DNA of 64,000 bases from Pavona decussata (taxonomy: Eukaryota). Below are positions 23,081-33,471 of this stretch, in pieces. The first letter of the stretch is position 1. Every line of letters begins with the position of its first letter. The DNA is taken from NCBI GenBank assembly GCA_977016875.1, contig CDRNST010000091.1:1922001-1986000 (forward strand), read 5' to 3'. Below the pieces are notes generated by a model. It saw nothing but the letters and a program-made list of their open reading frames with translations. It searched no databases and had not been told where the DNA came from. The translations under genes and the position numbers were made by a program.

Positions 23081-26000
23081 TCATACTTAAATGTTTATTT
23101 TTTAGACCTAGAAATTTTTATAAGTCTCAGTAAGATTCTGATTTTCTTGTTACTTGTACTGCGCATTTGAAAATTACATGATTGGTATCTGTGCGTCATG
23201 AATGTTTTGATAATTACATGGTAAGGATTGAAATATCCGCCAGATTCACAAAACATAATCACTTTTATCCTGCTGATTAGAAAACAATAATGAATTAAGG
23301 AAATTAATGTTGCTGGGATCAAATTTTTCGAGTCATCTGCGCTAGTAACATTAACTTGTATTGTTAGGTTAAGGCTGTGCACATTTAATGCGTTAATGAA
23401 GAGAGTGTATTGGGTTTTTACTCTGTTTCTAGGCTTGCGTGATTGTTGCTGATTGTGACAAGGTCTTGATAAATCTTTTGGATCAATATTTGTTCGTGTT
23501 TTACAAACCTGTCACATAAAGCTGTGCACAGTGTAAATACATTGTACCTCATGTATGATCTTATTACAGCAAACAGCAAACAAAATAAAATTAATAAAAA
23601 GCCACATCAATTAATCACGAAAAAAATTTTAACTTGGTATATGTGTCTTTTCCGACAGCAATGGTTAGAAGTTTGAGTGCCTACACATGATTATTTAAAT
23701 GTCCAAGTAATCTTTGCAAACGAATTGTACAGCGAATTATTTTTTGTTAATGTAGCTCGTCAAAGGAGATGAATTTCTTTATTAATTTGTGCTCCTTTCA
23801 AAAAAAAAAAAAAGAAATCCTTTTCTTTTAACAAAGGCTGAAAGGGAGAAAAACGAAGAAAATTTGACATTCATTGTAAGTTGAAATTATCGATTGAATT
23901 AAATTATTTATGACTCTAATGAATCAGATTGTTTTAAATCACTTTGCAGCTGTCTTTATAATTTGAATAGTGTACCTTTAGCCTGAGTATGAGTTATCAT
24001 CAGCGAAGTTCATTTTTGTTTTCGAATATAAAATCATGTACTGAAATCGATCGTAACCACAAAAAAAGTAATTTCAAAGAACGGGAAACTCTCAGTCCCC
24101 TTATCACAGGAGCTTCATCACCAGAAAGGAACCTTCATGCTTTATTTTGTTTTTTGTTTTTTTGTAATTTACCTTAGTAGCAACTATTTTAGTGCACCAT
24201 TACATATATGACTTGTTTGGATATCATTACTTTTAATATTAATTAAGGCAGTGTACCTTAACGTTCTAACATTAGGTTGATAGCACTCAATATTGCACTG
24301 AAAACTGCTATTCTTTGAGGAAAAATTGCAGTTTCATAATACATGTATTAACCCAGTTTGTGTAACTTGGTCAATATATTTTGTTACTCTGTTTGTGGTA
24401 ATGGAACAGTTCGTATGATCAAAACGTTGATATACACTTTCAACAAGAAATGGAGCTGTTATTATATAAATAAGATATATTGCAATAAAATTTTTAGCGT
24501 AGGTCTGAAAATGAAATTCTTCCATTTCCAATCCCTTTTGTTGCTGTTATGGGAGCATTGTTCATTTTATTGAGAACGTGACCTAGCGCTATACCATGAC
24601 GAACGTTATTAATTCGTTTCCGGCGAAACAACTTAAGTTACTTGAGTCATAACTAGGATTAGCTGCGAGGATCTTTCTTCTATTTAAAACTACTAAAGTG
24701 CTTAAGATAGAGACTTAAAATAGAGGAAAATCATGAGATAACCGGATTGCCACTCCAACACCGGACGTAAATTAGAATATTAACATGAAACGCTCAGTTA
24801 ACTGGAAATCCCTTGAAACTGGTTGTTTCCTCTGAGAGCCAAAGTATCTTTAAAATACATGACGTTTATGCGACCCATACAAAGAATCAATAGAAAGGTT
24901 TTTGGTTCATGACACAAGCTTTGAATTCTCGTTGGAGCGTTTTCAGGTTTTGCGTGCAGATGAATACGAATATTGTTTGTGGTACAAATTAAGGGTGCCT
25001 GCGTCACGTCGTACATTTAGAAACGTTTGCGTTGCGTAGTGACGGTCTGGTTCGCTTCTCTTATCAAGTCTGAATCACGTTCAAGTTGTTCTATAGTATA
25101 CAATCCGCACGTTTACGAAATGCGTCGCTTAATAAACTCGACAACACATAACATATCGAAGGTACAAAACATGGGAAATCTAACGCAAAATAATTAAGAT
25201 ATTTGGATAAGGGAGAATGCAAAATTGTATGCTTACGCTGAAAGGTTTAACTTTACAAACAAAATAAGGTAAAAATTAATTAAGAAACCCATTAACTGAA
25301 TCTTTATATTTATCTTTTGAGAAAACTTATTGGTGGAATATAAGTAATGGAAAATTAAAATTTCATACCCTAAAAGCGTGGTCGTGAAAGCAATAATATA
25401 TCATGATTTATCATGACCTCGATGAGACATATCATCATCTAGCGTATGACATGTATGATGCTGGCCTAAAATAGCTAGATGTGATGTTGCCGGTGATGTC
25501 CTTTTTATCTGCCCACCCCTCTGCAGAATGCTTTAGAGGTAAAGTAATTAAATGCACTGTGGAAGGTTTTTTATGCGAAGGAGAGAAAATAAATATCTCC
25601 AACTCTTTTTCCACTTTCTGCACGTAATAATATACCGGGAAAACTCCACTTAAAAGAAAATAGACTAGGAAAGATTTTAAAAATATTCGCTTTCCTCCTT
25701 ACAGTAATCCTGTTATACTTGTCACATTAATGACGCCTGGTGATCATTTCGATAAAAGGTGGGATAGTATGTGAAATATTACGCATATCAAGTACTTATT
25801 ATTTTATGAGGAAAAAAATGTAAAACTGGACCATTTAACGCTTTACAGCCTTGAAGGAGACAAACGTAACTAACGTCTTATTGCTTAATATTGTTTGGAC
25901 CATGTTTTCAAGATTTTCGGGCAAGTTAATTACAACCACATTTGGCAAGTCACATGGTCAAAAAATAGGTGTAAGACCCAAACGGCGTACGCGCGTGAAA

Positions 26001-26382
26001 ATTGAAAACAGTGCCGTGCCAAGAATTGAAGATCACCAAGGTTCAAAACATGACGTTTTCACAGAAATTATGACGTCATAAGCACGAATTATCTATTTTT
26101 AATAGCAGTTATATTATTTACAAAACCAGTATATGCTTATGTCAGATTATAAAGGAGACTGCAATATCTCCGACTCAGGAAAAAAATCGGAACTGGACTT
26201 CCCTTTCTTCGAGTTCTTGGGATTTTGCTCTCTGATGCGTGGTTTGGAACTGGCTCTACTTGCTAAGCGTAATAATGATGTTTAAAAATCCATCTGTTCA
26301 CCCGTATACATTTCACTAATGAAACACCACAAAACACTGCAGTAATTCGTAAACATCTCACAGCAACAATCCTTTAAAAAAG

Positions 26383-26631
26383 ATCACAATTTATTGAACA
26401 TCGGAAATAAATTTTAGTTAATCAACAACTCTTGTTTGAGCTTTGAACTTTGTCCAGTGATTGTCGCGTGACCGCACGTGAGAACCATTTGAGCCTCCGT
26501 GACACCAAACTATCCAATCAAATGACGCCATGTTACCGTATCGTGCGCATGCTCCATGTGCTCATGGTCTTTTGCTTCAACTCAAGCAACAAGGCAAAAC
26601 GTTTCTCGAAGCAGTAGCGTTTGCTTTCGTT
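26383..26631 (+). repeat. Split direct repeat A1 (249 bp)
   Basis: Identical by eye to 31105-31353. Confidence 0.95.
26475..26527 (+). promoter_or_regulatory. Candidate internal promoter motifs in repeat A
   Basis: CACGTG (26475), CCAAT (26514) and TGACG (26523), CpG-rich, upstream of gag ATG 26765. Function is inferred only. Confidence 0.3.
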
Positions 26632-26764
26632 TTTTTTACGCGATTTTACAGGGGCTGGAGGACTATTCCTCATCTCCATACGTGTTTTCTACCTGTTTTT
26701 GCCGCTTGGAACGCTCAAAGATTTTGTACCTGCTGTTGACAACGTAAACATTACGCATCCAAAT

Positions 26765-28069
26765 ATGCCGCCCACTCGAAGGACGCGGAGCGCCACTGTG
26801 ACCGACCATGAACTGAACATCCCAGCCGACCTCGACCTCCACGGGTTATTCGTTAAAGATTTGCGGTCCATGTGCGGAAGGGCAAAACTCCCAACAACTG
26901 GAGTTCGAGCTGCTCTGATCGAAAGACTCGAAAATGCTCGGCAGAATTCCTCCATTCGCACCGATCAAAATAGCGATGAGCACGTGGTCGATCGCGACGC
27001 CGAAGGCGGTGCTCTGCAGCAACAGTTTAATGAACTCAGGCAACAAGTTCAAGGACTGATAGACCGGGAATCATCTGACGAACGGCTCCTGTCCCCGGGG
27101 CAGCTGACGCAGGTTCAATCTCTCATCCAAGCTTCTATCAACGAAACGATCGAGAAAACTGCGTCCGCCACGGCCCAAGCCACTGTGAACGCTTTCACTG
27201 GATCTTCGCACCCGGCAAAAGAGCCATCTGCCGACAAGAATGGGTCAGATCCCCCAATTCCAGTGCAAGACTTAGCTACTTCAAGCAACGCCACTACAAT
27301 TGTGCCACTTCTGCCGCTTCTGAACGAAGCCTCCGCAAGTACGGAAACCACGAGCACCAACGATTCCGTTCATGAACTTCCAGCCAAACTGGTTAAAGAA
27401 ATCCTCTCTGGTGAGTTTATGGAACTGTCAAAATTGTTGCCAAAGAACTTTAATGCACTGAAGCCTTTGCACGATGAGCCCCTAACCTTAACTTTAGAGA
27501 ATTCTGTCATTAGAGTTAATAAGGCCAAGGTCGCCTCTATCACTAACATAGAGGAATGGACCACGGCTTTTACCGCTTACATGAGCGTTATTATAACTAG
27601 AGAGCCGTTTCGTTCTGCAGAACTGCTTGAATACCTCTCCTTAATTCGCTATGCAGCTAAATATCATCGAGGTTTGGGGTGGTGTGTTTATGACAACAAG
27701 TTTCGCCATAAGGCTGCTGCAAAAAAGACCCTGAAATGGTCTGACATCGATAGTCAGTTATGGCTAAAAACTTTTACTGTTGCCCCTTCACTTATGAAGG
27801 AGGAGATTGGTGTTTTCCAATCAGGACCCTCACCTACGACAAGTACATTTAGAGGGAACGACAACCGTACTTGCCACAACTTTAACAAAGGTTTCACCTG
27901 TGCCAGAAACCCCTGTTCCTATGCACACAAATGCAACAGACCCGGCTGTGGGGGGGATCACCCAGGGTTCAAGTGCCCCAGTACCCATGATTCCGAAAAA
28001 CACCAACCAGTCCCAAGTATTGGAAAGTCCCACCCTCAGGAGCACGGTGCCCGTCGCCACAACAAGTAG
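26765..28069 (+). CDS. Ngaro ORF1 Gag-like protein with N-terminal SAP-like motif and C-terminal Cys/His fingers
   Basis: First ATG 26765 (MPPTRR). Motifs: LFVKDLRSMCGRAKLPTTGVRAALIERL, LSGEFMELSKLLP, W..AF..Y, W..YD..FR, CHNFNKGFTCARNPCSYAHKCNRPGCGGDHPGFKC. Confidence 0.88.
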   Translation: MPPTRRTRSATVTDHELNIPADLDLHGLFVKDLRSMCGRAKLPTTGVRAALIERLENARQNSSIRTDQNSDEHVVDRDAEGGALQQQFNELRQQVQGLIDRESSDERLLSPGQLTQVQSLIQASINETIEKTASATAQATVNAFTGSSHPAKEPSADKNGSDPPIPVQDLATSSNATTIVPLLPLLNEASASTETTSTNDSVHELPAKLVKEILSGEFMELSKLLPKNFNALKPLHDEPLTLTLENSVIRVNKAKVASITNIEEWTTAFTAYMSVIITREPFRSAELLEYLSLIRYAAKYHRGLGWCVYDNKFRHKAAAKKTLKWSDIDSQLWLKTFTVAPSLMKEEIGVFQSGPSPTTSTFRGNDNRTCHNFNKGFTCARNPCSYAHKCNRPGCGGDHPGFKCPSTHDSEKHQPVPSIGKSHPQEHGARRHNK

Positions 28070-29685
28070 TTTTGGGAGCACAGTCACCCCAGTAAATGTC
28101 CATAATCTCTACCAGGCTCTTTCTCACCACCCTAACAGGGACTTTGTGAATAAATTGTGCTCAGAACTAAGGGAGGGGGCTAGGATCGGCTATTCTGGTC
28201 CTAGGTGTTCTCGCTTTTCAAAAAATTTACCTACTGCCTCCCTAAACCCACAAGTGGTAACTGCCAATCTAACAGACGAGGTTAATAAGGGGCGTACTGC
28301 CGGCCCTTTCCTTTCCCCACCTTTTTAAGAATTTTCAAGTTTCCCCCATTGGTCTTGTCCCAAAGAAATATTCAAGCAAATTTCGCACAATATTTCATTT
28401 GTCCTTCCCTAAATCTGGTACCACCAGCATCAATCATTTCATAGAGAAGGATGACTTCTCCCTTCAATACATTACTATTGACAATGCCATAGCCGCCATT
28501 CAAGGGTTTGGTTCCAATTGTTTTATGGCAAAAACAGATATAGAATCTGCCTTTAGACTCTATCCAGTTCATCCAGATGATTGGGAGCTTTTGGGAATGT
28601 TTTGGAATGGGCACTATTACTTTGACAAAGTCCTCCCCTTTGGGCTCCGTTCCGCCCCATTTCTCTTCAATCAATTGTCCGACGCCATTGAGTGGATCTT
28701 GCTGAACAACTGCTCAATTTCCTTTGCTTGTCATATTTTGGATGACTTCCTTATAATCGAACCACCCGCTCCCACCATTCCCTATGAGTCGCCCTGTCAA
28801 GCAAGCCTATCTAGCATGATCTTGACCTTCAAGAATCTCAATATTCCAATCTCAGCAGCCAAAACGGAGGGTCCCTGTCAAATCATCCAGTTCATGGGAA
28901 TCATTTTAGACTCGCAGAAAATGGAAGCGAGACTGCCAGAGGACAAGATTGAGCGAATCAGAACCGCTCTGCGCACCTTCCAATCAAAGCGGTCAACAAC
29001 ACTCCAAGAACTTCAGTCTTTGATTGGTACCCTGAACTTTGCATGCAAGGTCATCCCCCCTGGGCGCCCTTTCCTCCAAAGAATTATTGAGCTTACCAGA
29101 GGTGTCAAAAAACCCCATCATCACATCAAGCTCACCACGGGTTTTTACAAGGATATTCAAATGTGGGCCGTTTTCATAGAACAGTGGAATGGAGTAGGGC
29201 TGTTCCTGTCCTCACTGTGGGACACCTCCGACACCCTTTCCCTATTCACAGATGCCTCTGGTTCGGTGGGTTACGGGGGCTTTCTCCAACATAGGTGGTT
29301 TCAGGGAAAATGGTTACCCCACCAACAGTTAGGTCAACCTGGTATAAGTATTCTCTGGCAAGAGTTATTTGCTATTAATATTGCTTGCCATCTGTGGGGC
29401 TCCCAATGGACATCCAAGCGCATTAAGTTTTATTGCGACAATCAAGGCGTGGTTGAGGTCATTAATTCTCGAAAATCAAAAATACCCCGGGTAATGGACT
29501 TGGTGAGGGACCTTACACTTTGCACCCTGAAATATAATTTCTATTTCCGTGCGGTACATGTCCCTGGGAAAAATAACAACATTGCGGACTCTCTTTCTCG
29601 CTTTCAGATGGAGCGTTTTCGCCAGCTAGCTCCTCAGTCCAATGTGTCTCCAGACCCCATCCCAGCCCATGTGTGCAGTCTCTAA
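27807..29685 (+). CDS. Ngaro ORF2 reverse transcriptase-RNase H, split by a +1 frameshift at 28322-28328
   Basis: The first frame ends ...AGPFLSPPF*, and the next frame continues KNFQVSPIGLVPKK..KFRTIFHLSFP. RT motifs: KTDIESAFR, LPFGLRSAP, HILDDF. RNase H motifs: FTDAS, QELFAI, YCDN, IADSLSR. Confidence 0.9.
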
Positions 29686-30638
29686 GTAGAGAAGCTCAGT
29701 ATTTCCTGGGGATGGCCCTTGCCCAGAACTCTAAGAAAACGTACAGTTCTGGTGTGCGACAATTTTATGCCTTCTGTTCACAAATGAGAATTACTCCCAA
29801 GCTTCCCATTGATGAGGCTACTCTGATCAACTTCTCGGTCTACATGGCCCGTACAGTCCAACATAGTACTATCAAGAATTATCTATCCGCCATTAAACAC
29901 TACCACTCCAGTAATGGCTATGAGCTGCATATGGCCGGTTTTCTTCGCCTGCAGCTAATTCTTCGGGGAATAAAACGCTCCCAAGGGGCACATTCTAAAG
30001 TTCGCAGACCAATCACATTGCAACTGCTAAACTTATTCTACCACCTTCTCAATGTCAAACATACCGACAACAAAGACTCTCTCATGGTCTGGGCCGCAAT
30101 GACCCTTGCCTTTTTTGGTTTCCTACGTATAAGTGAACTGACATGTAATTCTATTTTTGACCCCAAACTTCACTTGATGGTAACAGATTTAACATTTATG
30201 CCTCACTCTTCTCCCAAGTATATGCTGGTTCGGTTAAAGGTTTCAAAGACAGACCCCTTTAGAAAGGGGCAAACCATAGTAATTGGGAGGACAAACTCCA
30301 ACCTATGCCCTATTTTTGCTATGCAAGCATACTTGGCCTCAAGGACCCCCTTTCCCACCACAGGCCCCCTTTTTTCCTATGTATCTGGATCATTCCTTAC
30401 TCGGGAAAAACTCACAAGTGAAACAAGGCTTTTACTTTCTAGGGGAGGGTTAGACTCAAGTGAATTCGCCGGGCATAGTTTTCGGATAGGTGCGGCAACA
30501 GCGGCTGCTTCAGCAAATTTATCCCCATGGTTAATTAAGGTTTTGGGTAGATGGTCTTCCGACTGCTTTGAGAGATACATCAGAACCCCACCCTCAGTTC
30601 TGGCACAGGTTCCTCAGACATTAGTGAACCTATTGTAA
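29673..30638 (+). CDS. Ngaro ORF3 tyrosine recombinase
   Basis: Catalytic set intact: FLRISE (R), SKTD (K), HSFR (HxxR), LGRW (W), FERY (Y). The start codon is uncertain (GTG 29673 or ATG ~29712). Confidence 0.93.
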   Translation: MQSLSREAQYFLGMALAQNSKKTYSSGVRQFYAFCSQMRITPKLPIDEATLINFSVYMARTVQHSTIKNYLSAIKHYHSSNGYELHMAGFLRLQLILRGIKRSQGAHSKVRRPITLQLLNLFYHLLNVKHTDNKDSLMVWAAMTLAFFGFLRISELTCNSIFDPKLHLMVTDLTFMPHSSPKYMLVRLKVSKTDPFRKGQTIVIGRTNSNLCPIFAMQAYLASRTPFPTTGPLFSYVSGSFLTREKLTSETRLLLSRGGLDSSEFAGHSFRIGAATAAASANLSPWLIKVLGRWSSDCFERYIRTPPSVLAQVPQTLVNLL

Positions 30639-30710
30639 ATTTTTACTTGCCTTTAGTGTTTTTACTGGTATTTTCTGTGGCTCGTCAATGGGGGAATGCT
30701 TTGCATTTTG

Positions 30711-31104
30711 TGGGGATGAAGTGCTCCTCTTGTCACACTTTTGCCCCCATAGACTCGAAATTATTGAGGCCCAACTCCCTCCATTATGTACTCCCTGGAT
30801 TTAGGTTAGACTGGAGGCCCAACTCCCTCCAATCAGAGAGGAGGCCCAACTCCCTCCTCTCTACCCAGGAATGGTCACAGTTGGCCCTGGGAGGAGGCCC
30901 TACTCCCTCCTCCATACCTTCTGTGCACCACCCTGGGCCGTAAGTTTTCTTAGCGCGATACTCCAGGAGTACACGGGGCTGACTTCTTAGTAGAGCACTT
31001 CGTCACCCACTTCCCCATTTTCAGCCACACCGAGTTGTTGTTTTTTGTTGTGTCACTATGTAATTAATTATGGGATCTTTACCAAACACGAGGAAGTTGA
31101 TTAA
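30711..31104 (+). repeat. Split direct repeat B1 (394 bp)
   Basis: Identical by eye to 31795-32188. Confidence 0.95.
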
Positions 31105-31353
31105 ATCACAATTTATTGAACATCGGAAATAAATTTTAGTTAATCAACAACTCTTGTTTGAGCTTTGAACTTTGTCCAGTGATTGTCGCGTGACCGCACG
31201 TGAGAACCATTTGAGCCTCCGTGACACCAAACTATCCAATCAAATGACGCCATGTTACCGTATCGTGCGCATGCTCCATGTGCTCATGGTCTTTTGCTTC
31301 AACTCAAGCAACAAGGCAAAACGTTTCTCGAAGCAGTAGCGTTTGCTTTCGTT
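31105..31353 (+). repeat. Split direct repeat A2 (249 bp)
   Basis: Directly abuts B1 and matches A1. Confidence 0.95.
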
Positions 31354-31794
31354 CCCACCCATCCCACCCAAGGTTTTGATCTCTATTTGTTTCCCCTCAA
31401 TAATTTCATTTCGTGAACTCTAACAGGACTCCTTTCCCCCTGCTTAGAATCACTGGACAGAGGACTTCTCAAACTTTCTCAATTGCTATTAGCTAGTTCC
31501 TCAAAGCTACTTAATGTTAATTATTATTTCATTTGTTCTGTTCTTAAAAAAAAAAAAAAAAAAAAGTTATAACAATAATAATAATAATCATGTCAATTGC
31601 TATGTCGATATATTGGCCACTTGATCCTTACCTGTTATCTCGACAACCAAATTGTAAATTGTAAATTATCTGCTTTACGTTACATACTCTTAGGGTAATT
31701 ATACTAGTTAAGGACCTGGAGGAGATGTTAGATTGATTTTAGCCACTTTAGTGACAGTCTGAATGTATTTGAGAATATTCAATAAACCTGGGAA

Positions 31795-32188
31795 TGGGGA
31801 TGAAGTGCTCCTCTTGTCACACTTTTGCCCCCATAGACTCGAAATTATTGAGGCCCAACTCCCTCCATTATGTACTCCCTGGATTTAGGTTAGACTGGAG
31901 GCCCAACTCCCTCCAATCAGAGAGGAGGCCCAACTCCCTCCTCTCTACCCAGGAATGGTCACAGTTGGCCCTGGGAGGAGGCCCTACTCCCTCCTCCATA
32001 CCTTCTGTGCACCACCCTGGGCCGTAAGTTTTCTTAGCGCGATACTCCAGGAGTACACGGGGCTGACTTCTTAGTAGAGCACTTCGTCACCCACTTCCCC
32101 ATTTTCAGCCACACCGAGTTGTTGTTTTTTGTTGTGTCACTATGTAATTAATTATGGGATCTTTACCAAACACGAGGAAGTTGATTAA
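31795..32188 (+). repeat. Split direct repeat B2 (394 bp)
   Basis: Matches B1 and forms the right end of the element. Confidence 0.95.
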
Positions 32189-32273
32189 TCAAGAATAAAC
32201 TGCAAAGGACCGCGAGCGAAATTTCTGCAAGAATACGCAGGATCTGCAAAAGATCTAAGCAGTAAGTTCCTCC

Positions 32274-32450
32274 TTAAAGGGCAATTTTCATGAGGTTTTT
32301 GACCTCTTTGGTTAAGAATGGTGGAATGAGACCTTCACAAAGCTACAAAAATAATTCTAGAACGACGAGAGGAAAGAAATCAACTTAATTCTTGAAAGGA
32401 ACAACTCGTGATCTGTGCTAGCGCGTTTTGGAAACAAAAATGCGAAAATT
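32274..32450 (+). mobile_element. Kolobok-like non-autonomous element fragment
   Basis: TTAA|AGG start and similarity to 14414-14600. Confidence 0.6.
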
Positions 32451-32978
32451 TAACAGTGATAGCGTTAAATTAATAGTAGAGCAGTAGATGCAGACGCTCT
32501 TTCATAACTATACCTTTGCATGTAACACGAAAGCGATTTCAAAAAAAAAAGTAAGAAATGAGCGGCTATGAAAGTGAAGAAAAACTTGGTACAGTTAAAC
32601 TTTCTGTTAAATGAAGCAAGGCGTCCCATTTCTTTTCAAAAGAACTTTTAGGGGGCGATCGCTTTTGTATCAAACCGTAATTGTTCATTACCATGGTGAA
32701 CGACTGTAACATAATGTACTTGATTTCAAAAGTATTAAAGTGGCGGGCAAGAAGAATGCAGAGATCAATGGGAATTGATTCCGACGTCGCCTTTGTGTTA
32801 AAGCGTAAAGCCGAATAAAGGCTTATCAAAGTCGGCGTGACAAATAAAGTGCTTTTGGGAATAAGAGGTATGCTGTCAGATCATGACTAACAAGCCTAAC
32901 TAGGCCTAGCACTAGCTTTAGACGATTCGCTTTCAGATTGCTTTTCAGTGCTGCAATTTTGCCATCGGTGAACATTCA

Positions 32979-33471
32979 GCTTACTGGGCGTCGTACTTGT
33001 TTCATCGTGGCAGTCGTTTCATTGCTTCTGATACCACTTACAGCAGTTCGCACCGGTGAGAGATACGTATTTGCTTAAGGAATTATTTTATTTATTGTTT
33101 TCTTTTCTTGCGTTGCCGTTATATCAGTTGCCTATTTTAAAGTTTTCCGTATTATTCACCACCATCAACAGCAAGTTAACTCAAACGAATCTTCGCAGAA
33201 CTTTGGTCAACCAGCAATAGACCTGGCGAAATACAAGAAATCTGTGTTTTCTATCTTGTATATTTTAGGCGTTTGCTACCTTTGTTACCTGCCTTCCTTG
33301 ATTGTATTTGAAGGAATGACGTTTAAGTTTTTTATTAATATGACGGTGCTAGATTTAGCATTGTTGCTGGCTTCTTCAATCAATCCCATGATTTACATCT
33401 GGAGAATGAATTCTATTCGAACTGGAGTGAATTTCTTTGTCCGAAACATTCTTTGCATGGAGTCAAACTAA
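32979..33471 (+). pseudogene. 5'-truncated GPCR pseudogene (paralog of 34699-35643)
   Basis: Homology begins at ICL2 (gcttactgggcg). Premature TAA at 33076-33078 where the paralog has TCA. Ends ...ILCMESN*. Confidence 0.88.

Larger units (their letters stand above)
26383..32188 (+). mobile_element. Full-length Ngaro-type (DIRS order) tyrosine-recombinase retrotransposon, ~5.8 kb
   Basis: Split direct repeats A1 26383-26631, B1 30711-31104, A2 31105-31353, B2 31795-32188. ORF order is gag, RT-RNaseH, YR. No integrase or methyltransferase domain seen. Confidence 0.95.

Noticed and set aside
29673-30638. Prophage or bacterial integrase contamination
   Set aside because: The recombinase follows gag and RT-RNaseH within split direct repeats, which is the Ngaro layout, and the flanks are eukaryotic.
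30766-30910. CRISPR array
   Set aside because: Repeats are only 17 bp, spacers are irregular (31/10/36), there are no cas genes, and it lies within a eukaryotic retrotransposon repeat.
30647-32027. Duplicated small ORFs (98 aa and 77 aa)
   Set aside because: By-products of the B1/B2 repeat. The RPNSL repeats simply reflect the 17-bp units.
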